Source: Haliotis rufescens (Eukaryota). From it: a DNA stretch of 64,000 bases. The notes under the pieces were generated by a model, which did no database searches, was not told the origin of the DNA, and was given only the letters and a program-made list of their open reading frames with translations. The DNA is taken from the NCBI RefSeq assembly GCF_023055435.1, contig NW_025964223.1, positions 27,838,001-27,902,000 of the forward strand, read 5' to 3'. A program made the translations under genes and the position numbers. Shown here piece by piece: positions 1-12,958 of this stretch (the first letter of the stretch is position 1; the number at the start of each line of letters is the position of its first letter).

Positions 1-803
1 AAAGGCTTTCTCAGCAATGTATTTCATGTTTGGGGAGCGCCTGTACCTGCACCTGTTGTGGAAGCAGACTGGGGCGGCGACAGCGCTGACTGGTGGTCCT
101 CGCCAGAGGTGATGTCAAACTAGGAATCAATGAAAGCTCTGTAGGCACACAGTTTGTTACATGCATGTGAACTGTTTGACAATATGGATAAACACAATAA
201 CTGTGAGTTAGACTTATGGGCAGAGTGGAACATTACTATTGGTGTGTGCCCGAGAGGGTTGAAGTATTAGCATTTGTACGGAACTGTAGATCAAATGATG
301 TTTCTGGATGCATGATGATGTTTTAGAAGACGTGATTGTTTCATACAGAAAAGAAATATAAATCTATGACTATTTCCTGCCCGTTTTTCATTCATAACAC
401 CTACATTTGGTTTCATATTGTGTTTGCAGCGGGCATTGGCCAACCAATAGTTATGACCTTTGGAATGCTTTGATCAGCCCACTTCTTCTCTCGTCTAAAT
501 ACGGTGCACTGTGGAATCATGGTTAAGCTGAATATAAACTGTTTAAACGTACACTAAACAATCAAATACTCTTTAAGTAGATCATCATTATCCTTCGATG
601 AACTTGGCTAAACACTTTTGTCTGTGAAGAGATGCATGCTATTTGTCAACATGTCTAAATACATGTTCAAGGTGAAAACGACACCAGCCACGGTGAATGG
701 TATGCGCTTTCCCTTCTATGATCGAGAGAAAACATTTTACATTGGGGCGACAGATGCAGGCTTCGGCCATGCCCCTGTGTGGATTGGAAATATGCGTAAT
801 ATA

Positions 804-2267
804 CACTCACACGCAAAAGAAACGCAAGTGGTTTTAAGCAAATAGGTAACAAACACGGAACCATAAATTGATACGAATTTTAGCATGTAGTGAAGCCTGT
901 TGGTGTTATCAATATTTTTGGTTGCATTTTGGAAGCCCCGAGTAAAAACGCAACATAAAAAACGTATAGCCAAAACGCACCATTTCAATGAATATGTGGG
1001 TATCATGCCCCCTTTATCGCGAAATCGAAAATGCACGAACTGTCACGAACTGAAGTGGGTATAAAACTGTGGCCGAATCTTGGACCTACCACTCCTTGGT
1101 CAACAATGCCACGCCTAACTCAAATCCAGAGAAACCAGGCTATCGGACGTTTGGAAGCTGGAGAGTCTGTCCAAGATGTTGCCCATCATTTCAACGTTAA
1201 CATTACCACAATTTACCGTCTCCTGCATCGATACAATGCTACACAGACCACAGATGACCTTCCTCGGAGCGGTCGTCCTAGGGTCACCACACCTCGACAA
1301 GATCGGCAGATTACCCGTCAACACCAGCGACATCCGTTCCTAACTGCAAGTGAAAGTGCTCAACAGACCATAGGAAAACATAATTGACACATGAGCCGGG
1401 ACACTGTGATCCTACGTCTCCGTTCCAACAACCTCAGATGTCGCCGACCAGCACGTCGTCCTGTTATCCAGGGTCATCGCAATTGGCGTCATCGTGAGTG
1501 GAGGCGTGTCATCTTCTCTGATGAAAGTCGCTTTTGTGTCTCCCATGCAGACGGAGTCAGAATTTGGCGGCGTCGAGGTGATCGTTTCGCTGACAGAAAC
1601 GTTGTGGAAAGGGGTCCATGGGGTGGACCTAGCGTCATGGTATGGGCAGGGATTGGACTTGGACCCATGTGCTTTGTGAATGTTGGTCAAGGTCGGGGAC
1701 ACGGCGTCACTGCTCAGCGGTATATCGACCAAGTGATCAGACCCCACGTTGTTCCATATTTTGCACACCATCAACAACACATTTTCCAGCAGGACAACGC
1801 TCGTCCCAATGTTGCCAGAGCTACCATGGCCTTTCTGCAACAACACAACATCCGTGTTCTACCGTGGCCAGCTCTCAGCCCTGATCTGAACCCCATCGAA
1901 CACTTGCGGGATGAGGTTCAAAGGCGTCTGCACAATGTGCGCCCAGTCCCTACAACTGCCGATGAACTACGCACAGCTGCTCTGGATGGGTGCAGGAGGA
2001 TCCCTAGGGCGTTCACAAATCGTCTGATCCACTCAATGTACAGGAGATGTGTGGCAGTGATCAATGCTAATGGTGGTCACACCAGGTATTGACTGACATT
2101 TTGGGTATTGACCCGAAACTGTGTAAGCCCTTAAGGCCTTTTAATCCATGAAACTGTCTTCATCAAATTTTTGTCAATCTTGCCCTATTAGTATTTCTTG
2201 TCTTTACTGTTGAAAATAAATAACATGTATACTGCATACACGACTTGCGGTTTTTTGCGTGTGAGTA
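804..2267 (+). mobile_element. Tc1/mariner DNA transposon, near full length, disabled transposase
   Basis: About 26-bp TIRs (cactcacacgcaaaagaaacgcaagt / acttgcggttttttgcgtgtgagta) after TA. Transposase 1106-2092 has HTH (MPRL..AIGRLEAG, RSGRPR), FSDESRF, FQQDNA and WPALSPDLNPIEH, and is split by a stop at 1385-1387. Confidence 0.95.
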
Positions 2268-2276
2268 TGTATGACC

Positions 2277-2277
<1 letters not shown>

Positions 2278-2307
<30 letters not shown>

Positions 2308-3745
2308 CAGATTTAAAAAATAAATGCAGCAAAGAGTATTTGGGTGATCCTGACACAGTCAAGCTGGTTAGGCTCATCATCAGCTCAGGGCCCTTGCCCC
2401 TTCTACAAGCAGCCCAGACAGCGAATGGGACTTCTCCCAGGAAGCGCTGCCTAATCCTGGCCACCGAGAATCTGTCGGAGAATGTGAGGACTCCCACCAT
2501 TGCAGCCTTCTGGATTACCCAGATTGTCAGAAGGGCTGTATTCCTAGCAGCAAACCTGGTACTCTCGCAACGCCAGTCAACAGATTGGGAGGTACCAAAC
2601 CTAAGGCACCGCGAACAATGAGTCGGACAACTTGGTAGTTGGGATGCAAGCGTGACATTTCGAAAGCGAGGTCTGCATATATATGCCATGTTTTTCCTGA
2701 ATCTTGTCAATCACATTAGTGTCAAAAGGGACAGAAAATACAGATATTAATGATTTCATTGGATATATCAAAAAGGACATGGTAAGGTTTGTTGGGCTGT
2801 ATACGTCTAAGGCTGTATACGGGCCTGTTCCAAAGAATTTTATGTTGATCATTTTCCATGATGCCCTCTACATATTCTGGGTCGAACCATGGATGGACCT
2901 CTCTGTCAAAACCAAAAACATGGCGAATACGGTAGTAAAAGGATCGTGCCACTTCATCATGTTGCTTAAGGTACTTCGTTTGTGCCAAAGCTGGGCATCC
3001 ACTGACAATGTGTTGGACAGTCTTATTAAATTCATAGCATAATGACATTGTACATTTCTTATTTACATTTCGATACAAAACCACACATTGACGGTTTCGA
3101 ACGAGGAGTGACTGGTCCTGAGCAGAAAACCTTTAAGAAAAGTGTGGAATGCCTTGTTTGCAATGAGTACAAAAGCGCACTATACGATTCTATCAGGAAG
3201 AGCCTCCAGGTTAATCAAACCACGCCCTCTCTACATTTATAGTTTGCCCGACGTTTTCCCTTGATGTGGGCATTCGGGAGTTTGTCCCTAACCTGCAGGT
3301 AGGTATAGGCCTGACCCTCAGCGAGATGGCCAATAACTCCTCCCCCAAGTAAACGGACGGATCCTTCCCCTTTGGATTTGTTCAAGCGCATTAGTATCAG
3401 AAAAATTGTTAAAATATACACTTATAATTGAGTTCATGGATTTTCATGTGCACTCCTATCATGATTACACCCCAGTAATGTTTTTCAGTTGTAGCTAGCG
3501 GCGTTCCGTGATGACCCCAGCATGAGATGGGGCTGGCCAGATGTGCACTGTGCCCAGACACATCATTATGGCTATGTCCCGGCATGAAGAGTGTATCTAT
3601 GGCTTGTTGACATGAACCTTGGGCCGTGGGGATACTTGAAACACGCTTTAAAACATATCGATATCGACTGTCAAAACTTGCTCTAATGTAACGTTTTAAT
3701 ACTTTTCCTACACAGGACTTCAATGCAATTGTCTGAACGTTAGGA
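2278..3745 (-). mobile_element. 5'-truncated non-LTR retrotransposon with restriction-like endonuclease (R4/Dong-like) and (TAA)n tail
   Basis: Minus-strand frames give a CCHC knuckle (C..C..TVQHIVSGC) followed by HDEVAR, KILWN, an NKP(D)-like RLE motif, PFDTN..EK, GALG and an upstream SAQDQ motif. Ends in about 9 TAA repeats at 2278-2305. The 5' boundary is approximate. Confidence 0.8.
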
Positions 3746-4764
3746 CACTTACATTAATCATTTTTTCTATCTATTATAGTGTTCACGGTCGTTTCACTGC
3801 CACCTCTAGGCCATAACTATCACAAGATAGGACTGGACTACCAAGAACCATCCTCAATATATAACGATATATTAAGCCCAACAGGCACATCCTTGTATTA
3901 AACGACGGCAAGACACCAATTGAAGTCAGGAACAATGACGGCTATGCGGTATGAGCAAAGAACTTATATGTGCTAATAGACTTGATGTAAGCATTGGAAA
4001 ATATAACGTGCAGAATAACATACCTCCTAATAACATAATCAATGGAATTATAAAATAAATGCTTGTGAAAATGAATAATTCAGTCAACATTTATTAATAT
4101 TACAGTGACATTATCCATTTCAGGTTACTGCTCTGATCGTGAGAAACTGTATCACAGTTACGGCCACAAGAAACCTGCACCAATAGTGAGTCACCAGACG
4201 GCATTGGTCGTGTCCGCAACAAGTCTGGGGTTCAGTATGAGTGGCTGGAGAGAACGTGAGCGATACGAAGAGCGCAGTATGGTCGTGACAACGAGCTGAC
4301 CGCGCAGACATTTTAGGAGACCGATGGATTTAAATGAAACCGCGATTCAGAATGTGTACCCTGCTATTATAACTCATAACTGTTAATAAATGTAAATACA
4401 CCTGGTGCATAAATTGAAGTTTCTCATCTCCAAGGTGTTCATTGTTGATCCCTTAATGAAAGGTAGTTGGATGTCAATCGGTTTACTTAGGGCTACACTG
4501 CAGAGTTTTAAAAAAATCATCTCCCATTATAGGAATGGTGCCATGGATATTACATTATTAAATTAAACAGATTTTTAAAATATTTTTCATTTTGTCTCAC
4601 ACTGTAATTCAGAAGGGTTTTAGTTCTTCATATGTATTGTTTCTCAATTGTTTCGGTAATTTAAACGTTAATGCTGTCAGCTGACAGCAGACATAACAAA
4701 CGTTCATTTAATTTCACTTATAGTTATATCAGGAAATAAGCTGTGAACAGAATAATAGAGAGCT

Positions 4765-4972
4765 GTTTAACGCCGCTGTTCGCAATATTCAAGCCATATG
4801 ATGGCCGTCTGTTAATCCAGTGATTAACATCATGGGCATCGATCCACGCAATTGGATACAAAGCTTAACTGTCGACCAAATCACCGAGATGACAACATAC
4901 TTCATTTAGTCGCCTCTTCTGACGAGCATTGGTTGGATGGGACCTCTATTCTTACTGGGAATTCTCACGGGT
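4765..4972 (-). mobile_element. SINE family A, degraded copy
   Basis: Aligns with 10625-10875 and 12701-12958 (tttaacgccgc...tagtcgcctctt..gac.agcat...tcacggg). Confidence 0.7.
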
Positions 4973-7350
4973 GTGTGATGTAATTACATATGATCATCCC
5001 CCATTTCGCTGTATCTGTGTTATATTCCAAGCCGTCTGATCAATGCGTCATCGGAACGTAAACACACAAGTCGGCTCGTGTAATCAGTATGAGAAGCAGA
5101 ATCACGCAAAAACAACCTGAATATTATAAGCAATGGAATATTTAATGATATGGTGTTCAAATACACATTTGATAGAATGAATAGTTCAACAAGGCCTACG
5201 AAAAAGACAAAACGACATTTTATACAACCATAATGAAAACAAATATATTTATTTTTGGAATACTATTTAATGCCATTTGAAATTATAACAATTGAGGATA
5301 ACGATGGTTGAGAGCGGGAAGGAAATCTTGTCTCAAAACAAGGACCGACATTTTAAACAGCTTATCAGCCGCTTATAACCATTCGGTACTATACAGGTCG
5401 CAGAGTTGGAAGAAAATGCCTGTAAACAAATAGGTCAGACAATGGTTAGTTGTAACGTGGACAAAATAGTTTTAATCATCGGCAAGGCTTCTCTTCAAAC
5501 CGCGATGTAACATCAGGGATGTCGGGAAGTTCCTTGATGAAATCAACAGCAGACAAGAAACAAAAGGGATAAAGCCATTTTCAGTTTGGGGAAGTATTTC
5601 TTTATACAGTAGTCCGGGTCAAAAGTGATATTCCCCTCGGTGAAAATAGGTTTTTATTTCAACCAATAAATACAGTATTTTATCGGAGAAATAATATCGT
5701 ATACACGAATATGTAACTGGATCTACATGATGTATAAAAGTAATCATGATCAGGGGCGCGCCCTCGGTATTGTACAATCATCAATGTAAACGTGAACAAC
5801 TATTTTAGCCCTTCTCTGAAAGATTTCATTGATCTGATGTTACAAGCTGGTCATACTAAAAAGCACCAAATCAACCTATTATTACGAAACAAACGCTCTC
5901 TATAACTTTGGTGCTATGCTTTACTGTCAATCAGTTACACATTTCCCCTGTTCTCCAGATACCTACGTACGTGTCAATCATCATGACATTGAACACCCAC
6001 TATAACCTTGACCGAGCAGGAGAATCCAGAATGCTACATCTGCCCTAGATCATTATAAGCAGGCCGCTGAGCCATGGCTATATAATCTCATATGTCTGTT
6101 GCCACTTTGAGTGTCAACATGTGGACTCTTGTAGGGTTATTCCGTATATTCGTAGTTCTATCAGGTAAGTTCACATATAAAATATGAAACAAACATTAGT
6201 TCAAGTCAGTATGGGCCCATTGTTTCATTGTCTAGATGATACAAGTACTGGGTTAAAAACTTCCTGTCGTTGATACTTATCTGACAACAATTTCTTTTAC
6301 AGAGATTGTATACAATCAGCAACTCTACAAGAGAACACAATAATGTATATTTTCAGTTTGTTATGGAGATATAACATTCTCATCTTACTATGGTAACAAT
6401 ATGGTCAACTCTCCATTTATGTCGAATAATACTACGACAGCTTCAGCCTTAGGTTTATATGTTTCACAAATTTGAGATACAATCTAGAATGCTCTTTCTA
6501 TGAAGATTTCAAAGAGCGTCATATGATTCATGCTCAACACTTGTGGGTGAGGGAGTGAGTTAATATTTAACGTCACATCAGCAATATTGCAGCCATATCG
6601 TGACGAGACAAAATTTGACTTTAATAATATATATGTAAACTGTTTAAAATTCTGTCGACGAAGGACAGTAAAACAACTAACATTTTGTTGGACAAGTTTC
6701 AACATTCATGGCATCAGAAAAGCTTTCAAAAGGTTTTATGGTTGACATGTGAAGGACATTTACATATTTCACGCATCGGTAACCAAAACAATGTCCGCTG
6801 CAATTCCCTATGCTGGCTTCTACCATATGTTTTAGGTGAACCAATTACTTTGCCTTTGCATGTGTTTGTGACGGATACCGTCGGTGGGGCCAGAATAAGC
6901 TCACCCTTTCGCGAAAAACTGGTATCATGACCAGTTGAAAGTGAATCGTAAACACGTGCTAATGATATTGTCGTCATCGTAGAAAGGACGATGCTTTAAG
7001 CAGTGAATTCTTATGATTATGGAAAAGGTTTTGTCACTTTTATTTGTTTAAATGGTATCTATGTAAATACTTAATATATGCCTTTATATTCCAAACCATA
7101 AAGTGTCAACATAGTTGCATAAGTGCACTGCATATGTGTTGTAGGTTTTGAATTCGTCAGTGGAAATACAGGGGGCCTTATCGTTTCTTGAGATTAGGAT
7201 TTTCAAGGCTGCTCACGTGACATCGTCAACACCTCTGATGGACTTGCAAAGGGTCACAATACCATGGACAACGCCTAACACAAGTACAAACATTATATAA
7301 AACAAATGTTTTCCTTTCCCATTTAAAGCATACCTATACGCCTAATGATA

Positions 7351-8821
7351 TACTGAACAACAAAAGTTCCTGTGACATTGAATAAGATTTAATGCAAAGT
7401 TTTGTTTTTACCAAATCTGAATCAATTTCGGTTTGCAACAGATAAAAGACTCCCGTAAGTGTTCAAATGGTTTAATTTGCCATACTGACTTCAGAAAATG
7501 CGTGATTCCATAAAAAAACAAAACATGAACATGCCAAAATGTCAATTGACAAATCAATAGCGTGTGTGTCCACCTCTGGTTGCGATGCAAGCAACACATC
7601 TCCGTCTCATGGAATGGACCAGGCGTCACACAAAGTCCTGTGGGATATCTGTCCATATCTGCTTGAGCATGTTTCGAAGTTCCTGGAGAGTCTGTGGAAC
7701 ACGTGGTTGACGTCGAAGGCGCCGAATCATCTCATCCCACATATGCTCGATTGGTGAGAGATCAGGGGAGCGAGCCGGCCAGGGGATGACATTCCCTTTT
7801 GTTTTGTTGAAGAGATTCCCGAACAAGTCGAGCAATATGAGGCCGGGCGTTGTCATGTTGAAAACGGTAGAACAACAGGGATGATCGTCTCGTCGCGGTA
7901 GCGCTGTCCATTGAGATTTCCCTCTACCACTATCAAACGGGTCCTCTGTCTTGCTGTAATCCCACTGCCGCCCCCGAACCGATCTTCTTCCATGACACAA
8001 TGATTGACGTAACGTTCAACTCGACGTCGGTAGTCTTGAATCCGTCCATCGCTGTGGCTGAGGTGAAAACGAGACTCGTCAGTGAATAGAACTTGTCCCC
8101 ACTGCGTGGCCGTCCAGCGTAGACGTTGTCTGCACCACTGTAGACGTGCTTGACGGTGGTTTCCTGTAAAAATGGGATGTCTGGCGGGTCTTCTGGCGAC
8201 AATCCCTGCACATCTGAGGCGACGACGTACGGTTTGTGTAGATATTCGTCGAAGGCCAGGGATGCTTCTTGTAGTCACTGTTGCTGGCTGGAATCTATTT
8301 CGTAGTTGTGCTGTTCGAATCCAGTTGTCTTGTCGATTATTGGTTACGCGTGGCCTGCCACTCCGAGGATGGTCTCTGACTGCATTCTCCTGTTGCCAAC
8401 GTTGCCATAAACACCAAATTGTGTTTCTGTCGACGTTAAATTGTCTTGCAACATCACGTTGACTCGATCCTGCTTCAAGCATACTACTGGCTCGCAGACG
8501 CTCATTTTCGGACAGGCGTGGCATTTCGTCATGTTGAATAATTGCGTAATTTTGTTGTTTTTCTGAGTGGTTGTTGTCAGCACGATGCTAAAAAATGCAT
8601 ATGGAATACCGTTAACGCATATGTTTTTATACCCATTCTTTGTCGTGAAATGCATGGGGTTTGAATAAAAGTCAACTTTTGCATGGAATGCATGCTCTTC
8701 TGTAGCAGTTGCGTTTTTGTGACTTGATTCAATACATGTACTACAATATTGAAAACCAAACTTTACTTGTTTGAAAAATGCACTAACATAGTGGTGTCAC
8801 AGGAACTTTTGTTGTTGAGTA
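7351..8821 (-). mobile_element. Tc1/mariner transposon, full length, frameshifted transposase (in intron 3 of SIAE copy 2)
   Basis: 27-bp TIRs tact(g/c)aacaacaaaagttcctgtgaca with TA on both sides. ORF 7853-8524 (MPRLSENERLRA..FTDESRF) continues in another frame as WPARSPDLSPIEHMWD. Confidence 0.95.
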
Positions 8822-10624
8822 TATTACACGTCCTTCCTTACTATCTTGACTGAAACGTTACAGAATGTTATTAGTACATGTGTGTATTTTGCAACATGTC
8901 TGAATTATAGCATATATAATAAATAGCAACGAATCACAATTTATGCTTACTTTACTTGAAAGAGCTTCAGTGTCAAGTTTTGAAGCATACTTTCATTGTA
9001 GTTATTCCTTATTTCTATTAACATGTCCGAGTTGTATTTCGAAAAATATTGGCAACGAACCTTGGCAACGAACCGTAATCAGCAAGGTCAAAATAACATT
9101 TTAAAAAATAAGTTGGCAGAAATAGACATTATTTCAGTTGAAGTCTATATTGTCGTATGAGAATAATAATAAACGAAGGCAGGTAGCTTTACTGATCAAG
9201 TTAAACATTCCCCAGTTAAATTATTTTGATTGAGGTGTATTATCAGATTTCCTTTTCTTTTCAGAAGCCCTGAGTGGGTTTTCAGCAATATGTTTCATGT
9301 TTGGAGAGCGCATGTACCCTCACCTGAACTAACCTATTGGATTAGTGGAAGCTGACGTTGGCGGCACTGCCATCAATTGGTGGTCTTCACCAGAAGTGGT
9401 GTCCAAGTGCAGCAGTCAGGGGAAACGAGGGTAATGTTTGTTGCATCTGGATTTACGTTGGTTGTAAACGATGAATGAATCTGCCGGACGTTCAACTCAA
9501 CCATGTCCATTGTTGCAGATGGCCTCCAAAGAACTACGAACTGTGGAACGCAATCATAAGTCCCCTCCTTCCACTCTCGATATATGGTGTTCTTTGGTAT
9601 CAAGGTAAGCACTGATTCAAGCATACTTATATGACAAAATATAATTGTACCCATATGCTAATATATCTGCATTACTGCCAGCTGATTCTTGTTGTCAAGG
9701 TGAAAATGACATTGGTTCCGCCAGTAGATACGCCTGCACCTTTCCCATAATGATTGAAGACTGGAAAAAACACTGGCATCTGGAGTCCATGGGGGAAACT
9801 GATAGCCAATTCTCCAGGTAAGACTTATCAAGCCTCAGCTACAAATACCATCACTCTTAATAGCTCAGGTATATGTTCACTAACTAATTCGGAAGTGTTT
9901 TGATAAACAGTTGCGTTATTCTTTCGCTGAATGAGACAGTGTGACAATTCCCTGACAGCTTGCTGGATATAGAAATAACAGTCATTTCCGAGGTGGTATA
10001 CCGGATCTCCGCTGGGCTCAGACGGCGAACTATGGGTATGCTCCGAATCCTAAACAGAAGAATGTCTTTATGGCTACAGCTGTGGACCTGCCGGACTTCG
10101 AATCGCCTTATACCCCGTGAGTTCATATATACATCCGGATTGATAATTGAAGAGAACATGTTTAATCAAACCTGTCTAAATGTCTGAACAAACCAACTTG
10201 AGAGAACAAAATTATTTCTAAACATCAGCATATTTACTCTTAAAAAACGAAACATGACATCGAAAGGCCGACTAAGATAATTGAATGCAATCATGTGTAA
10301 CTAAACCGTAACGACAATGTGTGCACCGACTACACATCCAGGTCATATCTCACCAGCAACAGTTCTCGCCACGATGTACAACAGAGGCCCAACGACAGGT
10401 TGGGTGTTTGTTACATCCTTTTTCCTACCATCTGCCCTTCGTAGCTCACCACTAAACAGGACTTTCCTCCTCCCCAGCAATGACTTAACAGGATGTCGAT
10501 TAATTCACTTTAGATGTGCCCGAGGCATCAGGATATTTCGTTGGAGAGGATGTCGAACACGAATACAAGATTTCCTCATTGGATTAAGCACGATTTAATC
10601 GGAGATCCGTCGCATTTCAGGAAT

Positions 10625-10875
10625 GTTTGTTTGTTTGTTTTTCAACGCCGCACTCAGCAGTATAACGGCGGTCTGTAAATAATCAAGTCTGGACAATCCA
10701 GTGATTGACGTTATGAGCATCGATCCACGTAATTTGGATACGATGAAATGCATCAACCAAGTCAGCGAGCCTGACCACCCGATCCCGTTAGTCGCCTTTT
10801 ACGGCAAGCAAAGTCGCCTTTTATGGCAAGCATGGGTTGCTGAAGACCTATTCTACCCCGGATTGTCACGGGTCC
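10625..10875 (-). mobile_element. SINE family A
   Basis: (AAAC)n tail, core gtcg(t/c)aa(g/a)aggcgactaacgggatcgggtggtcagg; several copies in this window. Confidence 0.8.
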
Positions 10876-12700
10876 ATTTCAGGAATGAGATAGGCGTTAG
10901 TGGTAACTGTTGTAAAGCGATCACGAATGTGTTGGGAGTCTATCAACCAGTTCCCGCGGTGGCGTGTCTCATACACGGCCTGTTCATGGCCTCCTTGACA
11001 TATTCGTGCAATAGAATTGTGGCGATGGTATTGTGTCAATGTTTGATTTTGCTTCATTTAGGATATTTAAGCATATGGAAGGAAGGAGATCTTGCATTTG
11101 TCTATAACACATCTTCGGCAGGAGATACACAGGATACTCCTATTCGTGTACATGCGCGCAGAATGTCTGTTGACGTCAGACGCCCTCTGTGGTTATGTTG
11201 AGGCGAATTCTGACCTTTTCTGTCCGTTTAGGCATACGATTCAGGCCTCCACATTTGCCCGGTCCAGTGTAAGAAAAGTATTATAAATAAACACTAAATA
11301 CAGATAGTGTTTGTGAGATGGCGTGTTAATGATGTACAGACTGCCATATTAGATGCATTGAAGAACCTTGAAGATGTGGTATGGTAGCACATGTAGATGA
11401 CGTCAAGATTCCACTGTTTGCTAACAACTGGTATTTGTTGAACTTGGCAGTGTGCATCCTCGCTTCAAGCAGGACATTGCCTCCCGTCTGATTCTGCCAG
11501 CCCTAGCAGTAGCCTATCACAAGACAGGACTAGATTATGAAGGACCCTTCCCGTCTTCATATACAGTTGACAATGCGGCCGAGACACTCACTATTGAGTT
11601 CAACAATGGGAAGACGCCGATTGAAGTCAGGAACAACCATGGTTATGAGGTACACTGTGTACATGTGAAGTTGATTTGGAGAACAACAAACAATGACTCG
11701 CTGATGACCTCAGATAAGACATGTCAATTAAGCATATTTGACCGCCGAGTAAATTAAGTAATTTTTGCAATACAAATCAACCCTGAAGATAGTTTATACA
11801 ATAGAATATTAGCATGCCTAACTCAGAAGGCTACTCATGTACAATAAAGGGTTAAAGATCCTGAATATTTTTTGGGATATATTAATGAAATTGTGTGCTT
11901 AGTCTTTACTAAAATAACAATATCCCCAACAATATGTATGGTCTTTCCCTTTTTTGTTCATAATATATGTTGGTCTCGTGTTTAACCATGCGCTCGTTAC
12001 CTGACAATTTATGTATGACTTTTCAACAGATTGCAGACTTGTATGATCTACATAATAATAAATGTGAAAGGTTTGCTGTTACGGCCACAAGAGCTGTCAG
12101 TCCTATGATCATTGGGAAGAAGCTCCTATCGTGAGTCACCATACGGCGTCAGTTACGTTGTCAACGTCGGGGTGCGGTAACAGCCACCCCGCAGGTGTCC
12201 GTTATCTATGGTATGAGACCCCGTGTCCTCTAAGGTCATGCGCAGTGTATGGCAGGGACAACGATCTGCCTGCACCACCGTTTAAGAAATACGACGGATT
12301 TTAGTCGCCCATTGTAGATATCACTACCCCGGAATCAATAAAGGGCTTTACTCTCATGTTGAATATACGATGAATATATAATGCATACATGCAATAAAAT
12401 GACTGATGCCATCAGAAAACTGACTCCACCTGCTCTCAAATGTGTTTCAACTATCAGTAATAACGTTTTTGAAAAAAAATATGAATTAAACAATGGACAG
12501 TGTGAGCTGAAAACTTATCATACCATATCCTGCATACGCCAATTTGACTGCCATATTGAACATAGCTGAACATGCAAGTTATCTTAAAACAATACGTACC
12601 CCCTGCTATGTCTTTTTCACAGAACACTCGGTCAGCTGTAATGTATGCAACAATGAATACCTGAGTGGTTTGGGGTAGAATGGGCCAGGCGGGTGTAGTA

Positions 12701-12958
12701 TTTGTTTGTTTGTTGTTTAACACCGCACTCAGCAATATTTCAGCTATATGATGGCGGTCTGTAATTAATCGAGTCTGGACCAGACAATTTAGTGATTGAC
12801 ATCATTAGCATCGATCTACGCAATTAGGATACAATGACTTGCATCCTGTCAGCGAGCCTGACCACCCGATCCCGTTAGTCGCCTCTTACGACAAGCATAG
12901 TCGCCTTTTACGTTAAGCATGGGTTGGTGAAGACCTATTCTACCCCGGGTGAACGGGT
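12701..12958 (-). mobile_element. SINE family A
   Basis: Closely similar to 10625-10875, including the internal short duplication of the agtcgcctt..acg..aagca motif. Confidence 0.8.

Larger units (their letters stand above)
1..4333 (+). pseudogene. SIAE-like sialate O-acetylesterase pseudogene, copy 1 (5' part lies outside the window)
   Basis: Degenerate exons at about 1-123, 430-521, 671-790, 3780-3948 and 4124-4333 are homologous to exons 4, 5, 6, 8 and 9 of the intact copy (FSAxxFMFGER, LWNALISPLL, GKTPIEVRNN, APIVSH). They contain deletions, frameshifts and stops. No exon 7 was found. Interrupted by Tc1 and RLE insertions; AATAAA at about 4385. Confidence 0.85.
6119..12304 (+). pseudogene. 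SIAE-like pseudogene, copy 2
   Basis: Exons 6119-6164 (MWTLVGLFRIFVVLS), 6357-about 6410 (truncated; the catalytic GQSNM is lost), 7146-7284, 9265-9430 (in-frame TAA at 9330-9332), 9519-9604, 9700-9817, 9959-10116, 11451-11649 and 12071-12304. Same exon structure as copy 3. Confidence 0.9.

Noticed and set aside
1515-1535. CTGATGA hammerhead-core matches (also 47816 and in the minisatellite)
   Set aside because: They fall in coding motifs (FSDES) or repeats and lack stem II and the GAAA partner.
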